This document shows positions 20,577-23,399 of a DNA stretch of 23,399 bases, piece by piece. A program made the position numbers and the translations under genes. The first letter of the stretch is position 1. Each line of letters opens with the position of its first letter. The notes below the pieces were generated by a model. The model saw only the letters and a program-made list of their open reading frames with translations, was not told the DNA's origin and made no database searches. The DNA lies in the IMG/VR virus record IMGVR_UViG_3300043313_001192, positions 153,598 through 176,996 of that record, one strand, 5' to 3'. The DNA is from a virus. Taxonomy: Duplodnaviria; Heunggongvirae; Uroviricota; Caudoviricetes.

Positions 20577-22162
20577 GGCAGCAGGTCCCGGTCGTCGGTG
20601 CGCGCGGAGAGGTCGCCCTGGGCCAGCCGGATCAGGCTGTTCACCCGCGCCTGGGCGATCAGGTCGCGCGGCAAGGGTGGGCGGCTCTGCGGCGCGGTCA
20701 TGGTGTACTCCCTGACCCCGCGCACATAGGCCGCGCGCAGGGCGGTGTCGGAGATGGTGGAGAGCTGGGTCTTGAGGGCGAAGAGGTCCGGAACGTCATT
20801 GCCGTTCTGGGCTGGGACCGCAGTGACGTCTTGAGCTGGCGCAGCTGCCTGAGCTGCCTGCGCAGCTGTGGCCGATGTCGACTGACGCAGCCAGTGCTGC
20901 GGGATCATGTGCTGCAGGCTCAGCTCGCGGGCGCGCTTGGCCAGCCGACGCCGGGTGAAGACCCGCGACAACTCGGCTTCGATCTGGTCGGCGGCCTCGC
21001 AGGCGGTGGCCAGCGACTCAGCATCGTCGACGGCGAGCCGAGGCGCGGTGCCGAAGACGTCGATGAGCAGGTGGTCGCCCTCCAGCGGAGGGTCCTCGAT
21101 CGCCTCGGTCATCGCCTTGGTGAGTGCGGCCACAAACTCCGCGTCGAGTCCCATGTCATCGCCGGTGAGCAGGTTGGGCTCGGTACCAGACGCTGGCCCA
21201 GTCACCAGGTAGCCGAAGTGCGCGGAACCATCGCCGTTGAGCTCGATTATCGGAGCGTCGGCGTCGTCGGTCGCGTGAGACATGATCGAAGCGTCGGAGT
21301 CGATGTTCGCGTGGGACCGTGCCTTCTTCTCCTCCCACTCAGCTACCGCGGCGCACGCTTTGGCTCGTGATCCCGCGTTCTCGTGCTGAACGCCAGGGAA
21401 GTTCAGGTCACCGGTCGCGCACGCCTTCTTCACGGCGTTGACTGCCGTGGCGATCGCGTGTCCTTGCTTCATGCCCTTCTCTTGGAGGTGCTTGGCGATC
21501 CGCTTGATGTACTTGGGCAGACCGCCGACCTTCTCGACCCAGTTGAACTCGTTGTCGTCGATGGCCATGACGTCAGAGAACTCGACGTCGGGAAGGTCTT
21601 CGTCCGAGTCAGGACCCTCGGGGATGGTCGACTCGGCGGACGGTCCGAGCGGGTACTCGGTGTGCTCCTCACCGTCCCAGACCGCGAGTCGGTCGAAGAT
21701 GACCTCCTCGGGGAGGTCGTCGTCGGGGACCGGCTCCTCCAGGTCGTAGCCGAGGGTGACGTGCGGGGTGTAGCCGGGGAACTGCTGGACGGCCCCGGTG
21801 CCCTCGCGCAACTCCGGGGCCGCCAGCAGGTTCTCGCGGAGGGCAGGCAGCTCGTCACCGCCGAGGTGCACCACCTGGGCGTTCTCGTCGCCGAGCAGCC
21901 CCTGGGACTCGACCTGGCTGGTGACCGGCCCCGTGCTGCTCTCCGCTACGCCGCGCACTGCGTCCTGGACCGCCTCCATGTCCAGAGCCGGGTTCTCCTC
22001 AGGCTTGCCCAGCCAGAGCACCGTGGCGTGCTTGGGCTCGGAGACGTCCCCGATGTGGTGGATCGGCTCGGTGGCGGTGGGGATCGCCACGATGCAGCGC
22101 CCGGAGTTCTTGCGCTCCTCGAAGTCGTCGGGCTCATCAGGAGTGATCGGGATCTCGGTCAT
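20573..22162 (-). CDS. 529-aa protein: N-terminal 2H phosphoesterase (LigT/Acb1-like) plus two small helical modules
   Basis: HxT motifs HATV (22022-22030) and PHVTL (21755-21763); ATGA overlaps at both ends. Confidence 0.85.
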   Translation of the reverse strand: MTEIPITPDEPDDFEERKNSGRCIVAIPTATEPIHHIGDVSEPKHATVLWLGKPEENPALDMEAVQDAVRGVAESSTGPVTSQVESQGLLGDENAQVVHLGGDELPALRENLLAAPELREGTGAVQQFPGYTPHVTLGYDLEEPVPDDDLPEEVIFDRLAVWDGEEHTEYPLGPSAESTIPEGPDSDEDLPDVEFSDVMAIDDNEFNWVEKVGGLPKYIKRIAKHLQEKGMKQGHAIATAVNAVKKACATGDLNFPGVQHENAGSRAKACAAVAEWEEKKARSHANIDSDASIMSHATDDADAPIIELNGDGSAHFGYLVTGPASGTEPNLLTGDDMGLDAEFVAALTKAMTEAIEDPPLEGDHLLIDVFGTAPRLAVDDAESLATACEAADQIEAELSRVFTRRRLAKRARELSLQHMIPQHWLRQSTSATAAQAAQAAAPAQDVTAVPAQNGNDVPDLFALKTQLSTISDTALRAAYVRGVREYTMTAPQSRPPLPRDLIAQARVNSLIRLAQGDLSARTDDRDLLP

Positions 22163-23399
22163 GCGGTGGCCTGTTCAGGGGCAGGAGGAGGTGCAGCACC
22201 AGGCTCGGGCGGCGCGGCTGGCGGAGGTGTGGCGGGTGACGACGACGGAAGTCCGCCACCGGGGGGCGGGGGTGGTGCGGCGTCGCTGGGTGGTACCCCG
22301 AGGGCCTGCTGCACCTCGGGCGGCAGCGGGGACCCGGTCTGCTCCTGGTGGACGGCGCGCATGGTGCCGAACAGCTCGGGGGCGACCTGCTGCAGCACTG
22401 CCTCGGTCAGCTCGGGGGAGAGCACGCCCTTCTCGATGACCATCCGGCGGGCCAGTTCCTCGCCCTCGGGCTTGTCGTCCTCGGTGAAGCCGTGCGCGCG
22501 ACGCCAGGCGGCGGCCGAGATCAGGTTCCGGTCGAAGCCGTCGTCGGCCAGCGTCTCGGGGTCGGCCTGGATGACGATGTCGGAGGGGTCGTACCAGATC
22601 GTGGTCTTGCGGATCAGCTCCTCGTCCTGGCCCATCGCGAGCAGCGCCTGGCGGAAGTAGACCATCGTCATGGCGTCGACGATCATCAGCAGCAGCGGCT
22701 CGACGTGCGCCTTGTAGAGGCTCTTGTCGATCTGCACCGCGTTGGAGTACTTCACGTTCGCCAGCCCGGTGACGACGTCCTTGGGGACGTCGATGCCCTG
22801 CATGATCCGATCCAGGGCGCGGTCGGCCCGCTCGGCGAGGGCGGGGTCGAAGGAACGCTCAAACTTGAAGAGCTTAATCGCCTCACCCAGCTCTTTGGGA
22901 CCCCTGATCAGCAACGGGACGACGGCAGCGGCGGAGTCCTGGTCGGAGATGGGAGTAGTCATCGCCGCGATCAGTTCTTCCTCGAACTCGTCGTGGTCCT
23001 CGATCGGGGGCTCGGGTTCACCCAGGGGCAGAGCTGGGTCGGGCTCGGCGGGCATCGCCGAGGCGGAGAGCCCGTCGGGGATGAACATGGCGCCTGCGTT
23101 CAGCCGGGACTGGGCCGTAGCTCGTGCGGCGTGGCTGAACAGCAGCAGGTCTTCGCAGGGCTGCAGCACGCCGATCATCGAGGAGTCGGCCTGCAGGCTC
23201 CAGCGCGGGTGGCTGCGCCAGATCCGGCCGACGAACGCGGTGGGCGGCAGCTCGATGTACTCGTGCTGGCGCGCGTCCATCCGCTGCTTGAGCCGGACCT
23301 TGCCGTCCGGGGAGACGATGACCTCGTCGACGCTCTTGATGTCCCAGGTTTCCGGCTCCCCACTGCCGAGCCGCTCGGGTACCTGGACCAAGTAGCACT
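22159..23399 (-). CDS. Portal protein, 5'-truncated at the window edge
   Basis: Frame stays open past the track start (…CYLVQVPE). SRLNAG..FIP, A.VVPLLIRGP, L.RI..GID.P..V.TGL motifs recalled from actinophage portals; first gene of the head module. Confidence 0.82.
   Translation of the reverse strand, partial: CYLVQVPERLGSGEPETWDIKSVDEVIVSPDGKVRLKQRMDARQHEYIELPPTAFVGRIWRSHPRWSLQADSSMIGVLQPCEDLLLFSHAARATAQSRLNAGAMFIPDGLSASAMPAEPDPALPLGEPEPPIEDHDEFEEELIAAMTTPISDQDSAAAVVPLLIRGPKELGEAIKLFKFERSFDPALAERADRALDRIMQGIDVPKDVVTGLANVKYSNAVQIDKSLYKAHVEPLLLMIVDAMTMVYFRQALLAMGQDEELIRKTTIWYDPSDIVIQADPETLADDGFDRNLISAAAWRRAHGFTEDDKPEGEELARRMVIEKGVLSPELTEAVLQQVAPELFGTMRAVHQEQTGSPLPPEVQQALGVPPSDAAPPPPPGGGLPSSSPATPPPAAPPEPGAAPPPAPEQATA

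Larger units (their letters stand above)
1..23399 (-). mobile_element. Tailed phage/prophage head-neck-tail module, actinobacteriophage-like; no host genes or att site in the window
   Basis: Co-oriented portal, protease, capsid, major tail and adaptor genes; ATGA/TGATG overlaps; GGAG RBSs; high GC. Free phage versus prophage cannot be told from this window. Confidence 0.93.

Noticed and set aside
17439-20729. 1096-aa plus-strand ORF, and other long plus-strand ORFs (12639..14729, 15843..17351, 9191..10642, 6062..7483, 3332..4639, 21383..22660, 577..1722)
   Set aside because: They lie antisense to motif-bearing minus-strand genes, have no recognisable motifs, and are expected stop-poor shadows of high-GC codon bias.
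12405-22162. MuF head-morphogenesis or ADP-ribosyltransferase domain, often found after portal genes
   Set aside because: I could not find the MuF C..C/HP.CRC pattern or a convincing R-S-E ART motif by eye; a profile search could overturn this.
1-23399. tRNA, rRNA, CRISPR array, intron/intein, programmed frameshift
   Set aside because: Nearly all bases are accounted for by CDSs, the gaps are under 90 nt, and I saw no intein termini or slippery-site ORF pairs. tRNAscan/Infernal were not run.

Overview
This high-GC window is the virion-morphogenesis region of a tailed phage or prophage, most likely infecting an actinobacterium. The gene order resembles Rosebush/cluster-B-type siphoviruses. All supported genes lie on the minus strand. 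In transcription order: portal (5'-truncated), a 529-aa 2H-phosphoesterase fusion, a 2723-aa multidomain protein, four small overlapping genes (two are paralogs), an 1822-aa protease polyprotein, a 4-TM + 1-TM membrane pair, major capsid protein with an N-terminal scaffold, a probable second (pentamer-type) capsid protein, major tail protein, head-to-tail adaptor, a disordered protein, and a 3'-truncated neck/tail gene. The unusual part is about 16 kb of cargo between portal and capsid. The 2723-aa protein ends in a lethal-factor-like HEXXH zincin and a complete type IB topoisomerase-like domain with non-canonical catalytic residues. The 1822-aa protein has two tandem prohead-protease-like domains, AAG-type motifs at nearly every domain boundary, and a copy of the predicted mature capsid N-terminal peptide (24/25 bp identical). 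Both giants share an HPRDxxGRF motif. Working hypothesis: a capsid-targeted, protease-processed cargo system that delivers enzymes with the genome. All domain calls are by-eye motif recognition; no searches were run.
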